A stretch of 40,532 nucleotides of DNA from Parcubacteria group bacterium GW2011_GWC1_41_7 (GCA_000997465.1 LCBW01000001.1:1-40532); one strand, 5' to 3'. Numbered from the stretch's first letter, positions 7,333-17,055 are shown. Notes: a model not told the origin generated them from the letters alone. Numbers and translations are program-made.

Positions 7333-8698
7333 TACTATTGCAACCTTTGCAAAACGAAAGGGATTTATTTATCCGTCGTCTGAAATTTACGGCGGATTTT
7401 CAGCCATTTATGATTACGGTCCGTATGGCGCAGAGCTTGCACAGGCGATAAAACAACAGTGGTGGAAAACAATGGTGCAACTACGGGATGACATTGTTGG
7501 ATTGGATTCTGCTATTTTTATGCATCCTAAAATTTGGGAAGCATCGGGACATGTATCTGGATTTTCAGATCCCCTAACAGAGTGCAGGTCATGCCACAAT
7601 CGATTCCGCGTTGATCATCTTCTTGAAAATATCGGGCAAACAGCTGATGAAAAAATGTCCGAAGACCGCATCAATGAAATTTTTGATGCACATAAGGAAA
7701 AAATAACTTGTCCGGTATGCGGAAAAAAAGATTTTACACCGGTAAAAAAATTCAATCTGCTTGTCAAAGCGAATTTAGGAAACTTTACAGACGATTGGAA
7801 TAAAGACCCTGTGTATTTGCGCGGAGAAACATGTCAAGGTATTTATGTAAATTATAAAAACGTCATGGATTCCATGCGCGTCCAAATCCCCTTTGGTATT
7901 GCACAAACTGGAAAGGCATTTCGAAATGAAATAACCGCTCGTCAATTTATTTTCAGAACACGCGAATTTGAACAGATGGAAATGCAGTATTTTACTGCGC
8001 CAAACAAAGAAATGGAAGCGTATGAATGGCTCAAAAATTATAGATGGCAATCTTATCTTGATATGGGGATAAGTGAAAAAAATCTAAAATGGCACAAACA
8101 TGAAAACTTAGTTTTCTATGCAAAAGAAGCATATGACATTGAATATCAATTCCCTTTTGGATTCAAAGAATTAGAGGGCGTTCATGCGCGAGGAAACTAT
8201 GATCTAACGCAACATAGCACCTTTTCTAAAAAAGACCTCTCTTATAAAGACCCTCAAAGCGGAAAGTCATACATTCCCCATATCGTTGAATCGTCTGTTG
8301 GAGTAGGAAGAATTTTTCTTGCCCTGCTGTGTGAAGCATATACCGAAGAGGACATTGAAGGTGAAGTACGCATTGTTATGAAATTTCCAAAGCATATGGC
8401 CCCGATAAAAGTCGCAGTGTTTCCGCTTTTAAAAAATAAACCGGAACTTGTTGCAAAAGCAAAAGAAATTTTTGACGACGTCAAAACATATACAATGTGT
8501 GAATTTGATGACAATGGAAATGTCGGAAAACGCTATCGAAGGCAGGATGAAATTGGAACTCCCTACTGCATCACGATTGACTTTAACACCCTCACTGATA
8601 ATACTGTTACTATCCGTGACCGCGACAGCATGCAGCAGCAACGCATTGCAATTACGGATATTAAACAATATCTGCAGCAAAATATCAAAACGCTTTAA
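7313..8698 (+). CDS. glyQS: Glycine--tRNA ligase (dimeric class II GlyQS type)
   Basis: KRKGFIYPSSEIYGG, YGPYGAEL, FRNEITARQFIFRTREFEQME (motif 2), and an anticodon-binding C-terminus ending in GKRYRRQDEIGTPYCITID. Confidence 0.95.
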   Translation: MKKHSIDTIATFAKRKGFIYPSSEIYGGFSAIYDYGPYGAELAQAIKQQWWKTMVQLRDDIVGLDSAIFMHPKIWEASGHVSGFSDPLTECRSCHNRFRVDHLLENIGQTADEKMSEDRINEIFDAHKEKITCPVCGKKDFTPVKKFNLLVKANLGNFTDDWNKDPVYLRGETCQGIYVNYKNVMDSMRVQIPFGIAQTGKAFRNEITARQFIFRTREFEQMEMQYFTAPNKEMEAYEWLKNYRWQSYLDMGISEKNLKWHKHENLVFYAKEAYDIEYQFPFGFKELEGVHARGNYDLTQHSTFSKKDLSYKDPQSGKSYIPHIVESSVGVGRIFLALLCEAYTEEDIEGEVRIVMKFPKHMAPIKVAVFPLLKNKPELVAKAKEIFDDVKTYTMCEFDDNGNVGKRYRRQDEIGTPYCITIDFNTLTDNTVTIRDRDSMQQQRIAITDIKQYLQQNIKTL

Positions 8699-9615
8699 TG
8701 CAAAAATTCGCTCAGCAAAAAAAGCCCGCCTTTTATGGTATTGCGTTCGCACAAAGCGCAACGGATCTTATCGGAACTTATTGTAAAAGCGACACCGCAG
8801 GAAATATACAAGGATGTCTGCAGGGCCTCTATAACGCTGGTGTCATGTTGGCAATCGCAATTGCATTTTTATTCGCAGTGTTTGGGGCATTCAAATATAT
8901 AACCGGAGCAGCTTCAAATCAAAAAGGTGCGGGCAAGCAGATGATTACCAATGCTATAACAGGACTTGTGATTATTTTCATATCAGGAACAGTTCTCTAC
9001 TGGGTAAACCCTGAAATTTTCAATGCCCAGCTGATTTTATATAATGTCACAAAACTGGATCCGCCGACAATTGATGCCGAGGTCTCACCTATTTATGATG
9101 GAGATAATGCAAGCATCAACCCAGCAGGCCCAACGGTTTCAAATGCGCAATTAAGGGCAACCATTGAGACACAACTACAACAATACGGGAGGGGAGAATT
9201 TTATATAGGAAAAATTATTTTTGACTGCAGTGATAATACTGCAGCTATTTTTAATCATCGTAACGAGCAAATTGCATCACTTCCTGTGCGCTTTGGTGAG
9301 AATGGATGTTCCGACCCGGGAACAGGGCGCCAAGGAGATAACAAAACAACGATAGGAAATTTTCGTGCAGGAGATAAAAAGGCCTGCTTAGATAATCCCA
9401 AGGGATGTAAATCAAGCCTTGGACCATACTTAGGACAAAGGATCATACGGCTTGTAAATTCCCAAAGGCCTGCCATTCTTATTCATGGATCATGGTATGA
9501 TAACGAAAATGATCTAAGGCCAACATGGGGATGTGTACGTATGCGAAATGGAGATCTTGCGGTTTTATACGATTATATTCTTACAAGAAAAACACAAAAC
9601 ATTGTTCAGCGCTAA
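8698..9615 (+). CDS. T4SS-pilin-like (TrbC/VirB2-type) membrane domain fused to a YkuD-type L,D-transpeptidase domain
   Basis: N-terminal C-x11-C, two TM helices and the AFKYITGAASNQKGAGKQ loop. The C-terminal ILIHGSWY...TWGCVRMRNGD matches the L,D-transpeptidase catalytic H...GC[VI]RM motif. Confidence 0.75.
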   Translation: MQKFAQQKKPAFYGIAFAQSATDLIGTYCKSDTAGNIQGCLQGLYNAGVMLAIAIAFLFAVFGAFKYITGAASNQKGAGKQMITNAITGLVIIFISGTVLYWVNPEIFNAQLILYNVTKLDPPTIDAEVSPIYDGDNASINPAGPTVSNAQLRATIETQLQQYGRGEFYIGKIIFDCSDNTAAIFNHRNEQIASLPVRFGENGCSDPGTGRQGDNKTTIGNFRAGDKKACLDNPKGCKSSLGPYLGQRIIRLVNSQRPAILIHGSWYDNENDLRPTWGCVRMRNGDLAVLYDYILTRKTQNIVQR

Positions 9616-9618
9616 ATA

Positions 9619-10497
9619 ATGAACCTTACCGATTTTATTAGTATATATTGCACGCCATCCATAGGATCACAAAATACTGCAAATATCCAAGTTTGCTTGC
9701 AGGGACTCTATAATCTTGGCGTCACGCTTGCAGTTGCAATAGCATTTTTATTTGTGGTGTTTGGGGCATTTAAATACATACTGGGTGCCGCAAGCAACCA
9801 AAAAGGTGCGGGCAAACAGATAATCATGAATGCCATTTATGGTCTTGCGTTTATTTTTATATCTGGCACAATTTTGTACTGGGTAAATCCTGCAATTTTC
9901 AAAGCTGAGCTGATTATATATAACGTCAAAAAGTTGGATCCACCTGAATTTATTATTGATGCCGCACCGGTCATAAACGCAGGCGCAACACCGGTTCAAG
10001 GAAGAACAGCCATTATCCCTCCGGGATGCCCCCAAGAATCCGATTTAGTCGCTATCTCGGGGCAAGGTCTTGAATCAAATAAAAAAATTAGAAAGGATAT
10101 TCTTCCGCATCTTCAGAGAGTTGGGCAAGCAGCACATGCGCTTGGGTATAAAATAGTTATTACACAAGGATACAGGAGCTACCAAGATCAAGTTAACATC
10201 TGGAATCATTGGGGGCAAAATCCTCGTTATGCCGCAAGACCAGATCCAACTTGTAAGGCTCCTCATCAAACAGGAGGAGCGGTAGATGGATATTTAGTAC
10301 GCTTACGCGATGGAAAAAAATTTAATCTTAATTACGGAAAACGTAATGGCGCTGATAATATGTCTCAGAATAGCCCCGGAAGAGCCGATCTTGAAAAAAT
10401 ATTTTTTCAAAATGAATGGGCGCGTTATGTAAATGAGTATTGGCATTACGAGTACGGAACCGGAAGATGGCAGCAATGCTCGGGAAGAGCCTGCTGA
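9619..10497 (+). CDS. T4SS-pilin-like membrane domain fused to a peptidase M15 (VanY-like D-Ala-D-Ala carboxypeptidase) domain
   Basis: The N-terminal ~110 aa are paralogous to the preceding gene. C-terminal motifs are QGYRSYQDQ, APHQTGGAVD and EYWHYEY (the zinc-binding motifs of the M15 family). Confidence 0.75.
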   Translation: MNLTDFISIYCTPSIGSQNTANIQVCLQGLYNLGVTLAVAIAFLFVVFGAFKYILGAASNQKGAGKQIIMNAIYGLAFIFISGTILYWVNPAIFKAELIIYNVKKLDPPEFIIDAAPVINAGATPVQGRTAIIPPGCPQESDLVAISGQGLESNKKIRKDILPHLQRVGQAAHALGYKIVITQGYRSYQDQVNIWNHWGQNPRYAARPDPTCKAPHQTGGAVDGYLVRLRDGKKFNLNYGKRNGADNMSQNSPGRADLEKIFFQNEWARYVNEYWHYEYGTGRWQQCSGRAC

Positions 10498-10699
10498 TCA
10501 ATACCGACTCACATATGCCATCACAAAAAGGAGTAAACTTGAAACAACAAAAACAACTGCCCACTGCCATCTGCCGGCTTTGAGCTCTACCCATCCAAAC
10601 CATAAAAAGAGAAGGAATATGATGAAAAGAAGGAAAAATCCCATTGTAGTAAAAATATAAATCTACTATGATTATAATATCAAAGTAGTTTATTTTTAC

Positions 10700-12121
10700 G
10701 TGTGCATAATGAAAAAAAAGAAGATTTATTTTATCGGCATCAAGGGAGTTGGGATGTGCGCATATGCGCATATTTGCAAAGCATTCGGATACGCAGTATC
10801 GGGATCCGATACACACGAAAAATTTTTTACTGACGAAGTACTGAAACGACAACACATTGTGTTTTTTGAAGGATTTAAAAAATCTCACATCACAAAAGAT
10901 ATCGATCTCATTGTGGTTTCTCAAGCATACTTTCGCCGAGATAGAGGTTTTGTAGCAGAAAACCCGGAAGTGAAAGAAGCTCTGCAAAAAAATATCCCCT
11001 TACTTCTCTACCCCGAAGCAGTTGCAAAACTCTTCAATAAATGCACCGGCATTGCAGTATGCGGATCACATGGAAAAACCTCAACCACCTCAATGCTGGG
11101 GGAAATTCTAAAAAAATCAGGGATGAATACGATTGCACTTATTGGATCTGAAGTATTGAATTGGAAAAGCAATGCGCTCGTATCCATACAACCAGATCTT
11201 AAAAAATCAATTCATGATCCGATATTTTCAGATGCTCAACTTGAAAAAGTATTTTTTGCAATTGAAGCAGATGAATACCGCGAGGCATTTTTACAGTACT
11301 TCCCTAAAATAACCGTTCTTTTAAATATCGACTACGATCATCCCGACTACTATAAAACAAAAGAAAGCTATACCCGTGCATTTGAAAAATTTGTTGCGCA
11401 ATTGCAACAACCACAGCTTCTTATCACAACCCAAAGAATAAAAATTTCGCCGCAGATAAAAATAATACAGCCGACACCCTATGCCCAACCCCTCTCTATT
11501 CCCGGGGATCATTATCAAAACAATGCTGCGCATGCTGCAGCGGCCGCTGATGCAATTGGTATTCCCAAAGAAATAATAATTTCTGCTCTAAAGGCATGGC
11601 GCGGAGTAAAACGTCGCTTTGAAATATACGGTACCTATAAAGGCATAACATTGGTTGATGATTACGCACATCACCCGACTGAAGTTGCAAGCGTTGCAAA
11701 TTCCCTACGGTCAAGAGGCGTTGACACCCAAAAAACATGGATTGTTTTTCAATCACATACCTACACGCGAACTCTTGAGCTTTTTGACGATTTTGCAAAA
11801 GCATTGTCACTTTTTAACCACGTGGTTATTTTAAAAACATACTCATCAGCTCGCGAACAAACATTTTTGAAAAACGTACTAAAAAGTGAAAAAAAGAAAA
11901 AACAAGCTGACGGAAGCGGTCTTGCGGAAGTTCTTACAAATGCTGCGCGCAAAGCGTGCAGTGAAAAAACAGCCGTATTTGTTTCGACACACGCGCAAGC
12001 TGAATCCTATCTCAAAAAACATATTCAAAAGGGTAACTGGGTACTCACTGTAGGAGCCGGAGATGGCTGGAAAATTCTTGAGAAATTAAAAAATTTTAAA
12101 ATTGCAAAATTGAAAAATTAA
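10700..12121 (+). CDS. murC: UDP-N-acetylmuramate--L-alanine ligase MurC (likely start ATG 10709)
   Basis: IYFIGIKGVGMCAYA, GSHGKTSTTSM, DDYAHHPTE. Confidence 0.9.
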   Translation: MCIMKKKKIYFIGIKGVGMCAYAHICKAFGYAVSGSDTHEKFFTDEVLKRQHIVFFEGFKKSHITKDIDLIVVSQAYFRRDRGFVAENPEVKEALQKNIPLLLYPEAVAKLFNKCTGIAVCGSHGKTSTTSMLGEILKKSGMNTIALIGSEVLNWKSNALVSIQPDLKKSIHDPIFSDAQLEKVFFAIEADEYREAFLQYFPKITVLLNIDYDHPDYYKTKESYTRAFEKFVAQLQQPQLLITTQRIKISPQIKIIQPTPYAQPLSIPGDHYQNNAAHAAAAADAIGIPKEIIISALKAWRGVKRRFEIYGTYKGITLVDDYAHHPTEVASVANSLRSRGVDTQKTWIVFQSHTYTRTLELFDDFAKALSLFNHVVILKTYSSAREQTFLKNVLKSEKKKKQADGSGLAEVLTNAARKACSEKTAVFVSTHAQAESYLKKHIQKGNWVLTVGAGDGWKILEKLKNFKIAKLKN

Positions 12122-12358
12122 GGAACAATTTATTTTTGAAATATTATCTTGAGAGAGATTTGAAAAACCTATTTGCAAGTATATCTTTTGAGAGAACGCC
12201 CCAAAGTAATAATATCTCTAATATTTTTCCACCCAAACAATAATTTTTAAAATAGTATTCCAAGCGAAATTTGGGTAGGTATGGCTTGCTTGAGCGGTCG
12301 CGAAGCGAACGCCAAACTTAGCACATCGAACGAAAGATATATTTCAAAAATCTGATAC

Positions 12359-13255
12359 CTACACCACCATTTGCTCTAACACCTCCACTCGCTCCTCAAT
12401 TGCAGGATGTGTTGCAAATAAATTCCCAAGCCACGACGCAAATCCCTTTTGAGATCGAAACGGATTTGCAATAAATAAATGTGCAGTTGACGGCTGGGCT
12501 TGCGTAAGCGGGAATGCATCACGAGAAATTTCCCGCAGGGCTGATGCAAGTCCCCTTGGATTTTTTGTAATATACGCGCTCGTTGCATCAGCTAAGAATT
12601 CCCGTTTTCGCGAAATTGCTAAATGTAAAAGCTGAGCAAAAAGAGGAGCTAAAATCGCAAATAAAAATGCAAGTGCCAAAAGCAAAACCCCCCCTTCTCG
12701 CCTTTCATCATTGTTTCCTCCAAACAAACTCATGCGTAAAAAAAAGTTTGCAATAATGCTCACTAAGCCCGCAAGTACCCCAGCTAAGGCCATTAAGCGA
12801 ATGTCATAATTTTTAATATGCCCAATCTCATGCGCAAGTACCCCATCAAGCTGCTCGGGAGTTAAACGCGCAACAAGACCGCTGGTAACAGCAAGCGCAC
12901 TATGATTGTAATCGCGTCCAGTTGCAAATGCGTTCATCGCATTGCTTTCAATGACATACAGGGAAGGCACGGGAACCTGCGCTAAAACACTCAAACGCGC
13001 TACTGACTCTTGCACTTGTTTATATTCATTTTCTCCTATAGGACGAGCACGATTTAAGGCAATTGCCCATTTATCGCTATACCAATATGACAATCCATTC
13101 ATCACTAAAGCAAATACAACCCCCATATAAAAAATTGACTTATTCCCTAAAAGATAGGAAAAAAAGAAGCTGATTCCAACAACAAGTCCAAAGAAAAATA
13201 GCAAAAGCATCCATGTTTTCATAATATTTTGACTTTTCAAGTATTGTATCTGCAT
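12359..13255 (-). CDS. htpX: M48 family membrane protease HtpX
   Basis: HEIGHIKNYD (HExxH), four TM segments, C-terminal HPAIEERV. Confidence 0.9.
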   Translation of the reverse strand: MQIQYLKSQNIMKTWMLLLFFFGLVVGISFFFSYLLGNKSIFYMGVVFALVMNGLSYWYSDKWAIALNRARPIGENEYKQVQESVARLSVLAQVPVPSLYVIESNAMNAFATGRDYNHSALAVTSGLVARLTPEQLDGVLAHEIGHIKNYDIRLMALAGVLAGLVSIIANFFLRMSLFGGNNDERREGGVLLLALAFLFAILAPLFAQLLHLAISRKREFLADATSAYITKNPRGLASALREISRDAFPLTQAQPSTAHLFIANPFRSQKGFASWLGNLFATHPAIEERVEVLEQMVV

Positions 13256-13264
13256 GATTTATTT

Positions 13265-13444
13265 TTATGCTAATTTTTCAGCGACTTCTTTTTCCTCTTC
13301 CGCACGTATTTGTTTTAAAAGAATAACCCAACACACCACAATAATAAAAACAGCAAAAAGTAAAACCTGAAGCGATATAAGATGAATCCCGTATAAAATC
13401 CCTGCGACTATAAGTAAAAGAATAAAAAAGGGTTCCTCAAACAT
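13265..13444 (-). CDS. Small two-TM membrane protein (59 aa) immediately upstream of htpX
   Basis: ATG is the rc of 13442-13444 and the stop is the rc of 13265-13267. It translates as MFEEPFFILLLIVAGILYGIHLISLQVLLFAVFIIVVCWVILLKQIRAEEEKEVAEKLA. It is one residue below the ORF-track cutoff and ends 9 nt before the htpX start. Confidence 0.45.
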   Translation of the reverse strand: MFEEPFFILLLIVAGILYGIHLISLQVLLFAVFIIVVCWVILLKQIRAEEEKEVAEKLA

Positions 13445-13488
13445 ATCTTATAACAGTATATCTTTAATAAACCAAAAATCAAACATTC

Positions 13489-13537
13489 GCGGCGTGTATT
13501 CAACGCCGCAAGCGTAGACCCGAAGGGGCTGTAGCGC
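13489..13537. repeat. Single unit of the GC-rich double-hairpin repeat family
   Basis: Hairpin gcggcgt-gtattca-acgccgc, then aagc, then gtagaccc-gaag-gggctgtagcgc. The second hairpin and linker match 24783-24812 and the rc of 1167-1197. On the minus strand it is followed by a T-rich tract. Confidence 0.75.
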
Positions 13538-13753
13538 ACAAAAAAAATACATGGAATTTTTATTTTCGCAGCGAACTCACGAAAAGTCCCAAGTGTATGT
13601 TGCGCGAGCAAGTAAGAAATGCGAACATCTTTGATGTGAGCGAGCAAAGCGACGAGAGGATAGTCGCGTTAAACCAGACCCGAGCGTTTTCATAAAACGA
13701 GCGAGCCAACATACTGGACTTTGTCGTATGTTATGTAAGCGAGAAAATAAAAA

Positions 13754-15436
13754 TTAATTACTTTGCGCCTGTAACAATTCCTGCGTATTGTCGGGTTGTA
13801 TATTGTAGTAGTTCACTAAAAATTCAAGCATTCTTTTTGCGGTAGGAACAGTAGTTACCATGGCAAGCCCTCCGTTTGGCTTGTCTAACCGGACAAGCAT
13901 GGTAAACTCCGGGTTATTCAAAGGAATCATGATAAGAAAGGTATTAATCACATCGTCAGTATATTTTCCGTTGACCGGAATAAGCGCAGATCCTGTTTTT
14001 CCGCCAATGCGAAATCCCGGAACTTGCGCTTGTTTTCCTGATCCATTTTTCATAACACGCTCCATCAGATGTCGAATTCCAGATAGGGTATTTTTTGAAC
14101 ATGCTGCGTCCGATGCCCCCAATTGCGCATTTCCATGTAATGATTTTTGTCCGTCGGAAATAGCATAATCTCCAAAAGAAAGTTTTCTCACCCTGCAATC
14201 TAAAGCAATCGCATTTAAAAATTGAAGTATGTGTGCGGGAGAAACAGAAATACCGTGCCCATAACTTGCGGTTGCGAAATTAACTTCACGAAAATCTGAT
14301 TTTTTTAAATTTTCTAAATTTCCTTCATAGACGTTTGGCAAATCAACGCGCGGAGTTTCATCAAATTTAAATTTTTCAAGCATATTCAAAAAATAGATAT
14401 TTCCAATAAGCCGCTCAATAAAAACTGAACCCGTATTCAATGATTGCTCAAACGCCTCTCCTAAGGTAATAAGACCTCTTCCTTTTTTGTCAAAATTTGA
14501 AATTTTCCACCCATTAATTTCAATAAAGCCAGCATCGTAGTACGTTTGGTTTTCATTAAACACTCTCTTTTCAACAGCAGACAAATACGTAAGCGCTTTC
14601 ATGATTGACCCTGGCTCATAATTTTGAATAAACTTTGTGCGAAACACCTGGTAATCGCTTACCTCACTGAAATTATTCGGATCAAAGGATGGGCTCTCTG
14701 CAAGTGCAATAATTTGCCCATTGGGACGCGCGACCACAATCATGCCTCCTGTTGTTTTAAATGTATCAATTGCCCATTGCAATGTTTGCTCTGCTTCTTT
14801 TTGTACAAAATAATCAATTGACAAAACAACATCCTGCCCGCTCACTGGAGCCTCCGCTTTGTCAATGCCAAATTTATATCCTTCAAATCCACGCAAGATA
14901 TCATCGTAATATTTTTCAACACCATACTTCCCTTCAAGTACTCCATCTTTATTGCGTGCAACAAATCCCAAAACTGTTGATAAAAAACTTTTTTCCGGGT
15001 AAATTCTTTTATAACTTACCTCAAAAAAAAGCGAATTAAAATGTAAATTCTGAAGCGATTTTTTCTGCGAATCTGAAATTCCTTTTTTTAAAATAATCGC
15101 CCCTGAATCTAATTTTTCCGGAATGACGATATCGGGCAAAAATGTACGTATGCGATCAAGTTCGATTTTTGGATTATCTGAAACACGAGCATTGAAATAT
15201 ACATCATATTGTTTTTCAGAAATAGCGACAGGATATTTATTTTTATCCTTATCTTGAACATACAGTGTTCCTCTCTTTGGGGTAATAACACGAAAATGGC
15301 TGTTTTCTACTCTTTCAATTTTTTTTTCAAGGTCGCTTGCACGAACAATCTGAAGCCGAAAAAGTCCCCACAGCACGATAAGCCAGGGAACAAAAATAAC
15401 AATAAAGCAAAGAACGTCCAGTCGACGGGATTTCAT
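13754..15436 (-). CDS. ftsI: Penicillin-binding protein 2/FtsI-type transpeptidase
   Basis: N-terminal TM, SxxK (GSIMKAL), SxN (SLNTGS), KTG (GGKTGSA), and its position after ftsL in the dcw cluster. Confidence 0.9.
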   Translation of the reverse strand: MKSRRLDVLCFIVIFVPWLIVLWGLFRLQIVRASDLEKKIERVENSHFRVITPKRGTLYVQDKDKNKYPVAISEKQYDVYFNARVSDNPKIELDRIRTFLPDIVIPEKLDSGAIILKKGISDSQKKSLQNLHFNSLFFEVSYKRIYPEKSFLSTVLGFVARNKDGVLEGKYGVEKYYDDILRGFEGYKFGIDKAEAPVSGQDVVLSIDYFVQKEAEQTLQWAIDTFKTTGGMIVVARPNGQIIALAESPSFDPNNFSEVSDYQVFRTKFIQNYEPGSIMKALTYLSAVEKRVFNENQTYYDAGFIEINGWKISNFDKKGRGLITLGEAFEQSLNTGSVFIERLIGNIYFLNMLEKFKFDETPRVDLPNVYEGNLENLKKSDFREVNFATASYGHGISVSPAHILQFLNAIALDCRVRKLSFGDYAISDGQKSLHGNAQLGASDAACSKNTLSGIRHLMERVMKNGSGKQAQVPGFRIGGKTGSALIPVNGKYTDDVINTFLIMIPLNNPEFTMLVRLDKPNGGLAMVTTVPTAKRMLEFLVNYYNIQPDNTQELLQAQSN

Positions 15437-15669
15437 CTCAGCGTAACCGATGGTTCAAGGATATATTCGCGCGCAGGAGGCTGATATCCTAAAAGCTCAA
15501 ACCTTTCCTTTTGTAAGGTGCTGGCAACATGACTATACAGCACGCTATTTTCGTTGCTTAATGAGGAAACTTGGTCCAAAGAACGATCAACAAGCGACGC
15601 ATATTCTTTGGACCAAATTCGCTCATTCAAAATCATCCCAAACAGCATAACCAACAAGACAAGGTGCAC
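15433..15669 (-). CDS. ftsL: FtsL-like cell division protein
   Basis: 78 aa with one N-terminal TM followed by a coiled-coil-like region. It lies between rsmH and ftsI, and its stop overlaps the ftsI start. There is no strong sequence motif. Confidence 0.5.
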   Translation of the reverse strand: MHLVLLVMLFGMILNERIWSKEYASLVDRSLDQVSSLSNENSVLYSHVASTLQKERFELLGYQPPAREYILEPSVTLR

Positions 15670-16613
15670 AAATGACCAATTGAAAGATGGTAATTTTTTA
15701 TAAGACGTATGACGGGAAACGTTTTTTTCAGAAAAAAGCGTCTGCGTCTGTACGGGGTATCAACATTTTTTGTGAGCATCAATGCCCCCTTGCTTTTTAA
15801 TTCTTTAAAAATTGATTTAATCACTTTATCCTCTAATCCTTGAAAACTTAAAATAGCAATCTTTCCTCCGGGTTGCAATACGTCAAAACTTTCACGCAAC
15901 CCTTCAGATAAATTTCCAAGCTCATCATTAATAAATGATCGAAGTGCCATAAACACCTTCGTCGCAGGATGTATACCGCGCATATGACTGCGTCCCGTGC
16001 GCGTACCTCTTGCAGATGCATCTTTAGATCCGCGATGCCCTTTGGCCCGCATAACGATTTCAGAAAGCTCCTCAGATGTTTCTATTTTTTTTATTTTTCT
16101 TTTTGTAATAATTTCAGCCGCAACACGCTCTGCCTGATACTCTTCTCCGTAATTTTTAAAAACCTCAACTAACTCTTTTTGTGAAAAATAGTTTACAACT
16201 TCAAACGCGGTTATTTTAGTGTCCTCGGGGTTCAAACGCATATCTAAGGGATCTGGGGTCGAAAAACTAAATCCTCTGCCTGATTGCTTGTAATGCCACG
16301 TTGCAACACCGAGGTCAAAAATAACTCCCTTGACCGATGTAAATCCTTCATCATGCGCAATTTTTTTTATATGCTTAAAGTTTCCATTCTTAAGCACTAT
16401 CTTCTTTTCTACTTTTTTTCTCATGATTTCTTGTTGCATATATGACGCGACCTCCGGATCCCATTCAAGTCCCAAAATTTTTCCCGTCTCCCCTACATGC
16501 GGAAGAAGCGCAAAACTATGTCCCCCAAATCCAAAGTTTGCATCAATAAGCTTGTCCCCCTCATGAACATCAAGCGCTTGTATGATTTCTTCAAGCAATA
16601 CCGGAATATGCAT
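15633..16613 (-). CDS. rsmH: 16S rRNA (cytosine1402-N4)-methyltransferase RsmH/MraW
   Basis: MHIPVLLEEI, DANFGFGGHS, GVIFDLGVATWHY, SFQGLEDKVIK. The C-terminal ~20 aa overlap ftsL and look atypical. Confidence 0.9.
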   Translation of the reverse strand: MHIPVLLEEIIQALDVHEGDKLIDANFGFGGHSFALLPHVGETGKILGLEWDPEVASYMQQEIMRKKVEKKIVLKNGNFKHIKKIAHDEGFTSVKGVIFDLGVATWHYKQSGRGFSFSTPDPLDMRLNPEDTKITAFEVVNYFSQKELVEVFKNYGEEYQAERVAAEIITKRKIKKIETSEELSEIVMRAKGHRGSKDASARGTRTGRSHMRGIHPATKVFMALRSFINDELGNLSEGLRESFDVLQPGGKIAILSFQGLEDKVIKSIFKELKSKGALMLTKNVDTPYRRRRFFLKKTFPVIRLIKNYHLSIGHLCTLSCWLCCLG

Positions 16614-16623
16614 AATTTATTTT

Positions 16624-17055
16624 TTAAATACCTAAATCACTCAAGCGCTCAGCAATATCTTCTGCGTTTTCTTCACTGCCTTTTTGATAAGCAATCCACG
16701 CATCATGATCCCAAATTTCAATTCTGCTATGTACACCCACCATAACAACTTTTTTTTGCAGTTTTGCATATGTACGAAGATATTCAGGTATGAGCACGCG
16801 TCCTTGACCATCAATCTCACTCTCAACAGCGCCGGCAAGAAGCAACCGGGAAAATGCGCGCGAATCTCTTTGACTAAACGGAAGTTGGGTTACTTTTTCA
16901 ACCATTTTTTCCCACTCTGATTTTGTGTATCCAAACAAACAATTGTCAATTCCGCGAGTAATAATGATTTCATCATCAAATTTTGATCGAAATTTTACCG
17001 GAATAGCAACTCTTCCTTTTGCATCTAAGTTGTGCCTGTATTCTCCGATAAGCAT
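16624..17055 (-). CDS. mraZ: Transcriptional regulator MraZ
   Basis: MLIGEYRHNLDAKGRVAIPVKFR with a second SpoVT/AbrB-like repeat (DGQGRVLIPEYLR). Confidence 0.9.
   Translation of the reverse strand: MLIGEYRHNLDAKGRVAIPVKFRSKFDDEIIITRGIDNCLFGYTKSEWEKMVEKVTQLPFSQRDSRAFSRLLLAGAVESEIDGQGRVLIPEYLRTYAKLQKKVVMVGVHSRIEIWDHDAWIAYQKGSEENAEDIAERLSDLGI

Noticed and set aside
8800-9950. The two pilin-like N-terminal regions could be a diversity-generating retroelement template/variable repeat pair.
   Set aside because: By eye the differences are spread over all four bases and across codon positions, not confined to adenines. No reverse transcriptase is nearby. Ordinary paralogue divergence explains the pattern.
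10328-10987. Track ORF of 219 aa on the minus strand spanning the M15/murC junction.
   Set aside because: It is antisense to two well-supported genes, has a Phe/Cys/Ile-rich composition typical of the antisense frame of AT-rich genes, and shows no motif.
13408-13647. Track ORF of 79 aa on the minus strand.
   Set aside because: It reads straight through the double-hairpin repeat unit, uses a TTG start, and overlaps the start of the more plausible 59-aa membrane ORF.
15660-15800. The atypical RsmH C-terminus and A6/T6 runs suggested homopolymer frameshifts.
   Set aside because: The annotated frame still aligns plausibly with the usual ITKKPI...RSAKLRIAEK-type C-terminus (LTKNVDTP...PVIRLIKN). 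Two compensating frameshifts would be needed for the alternative.
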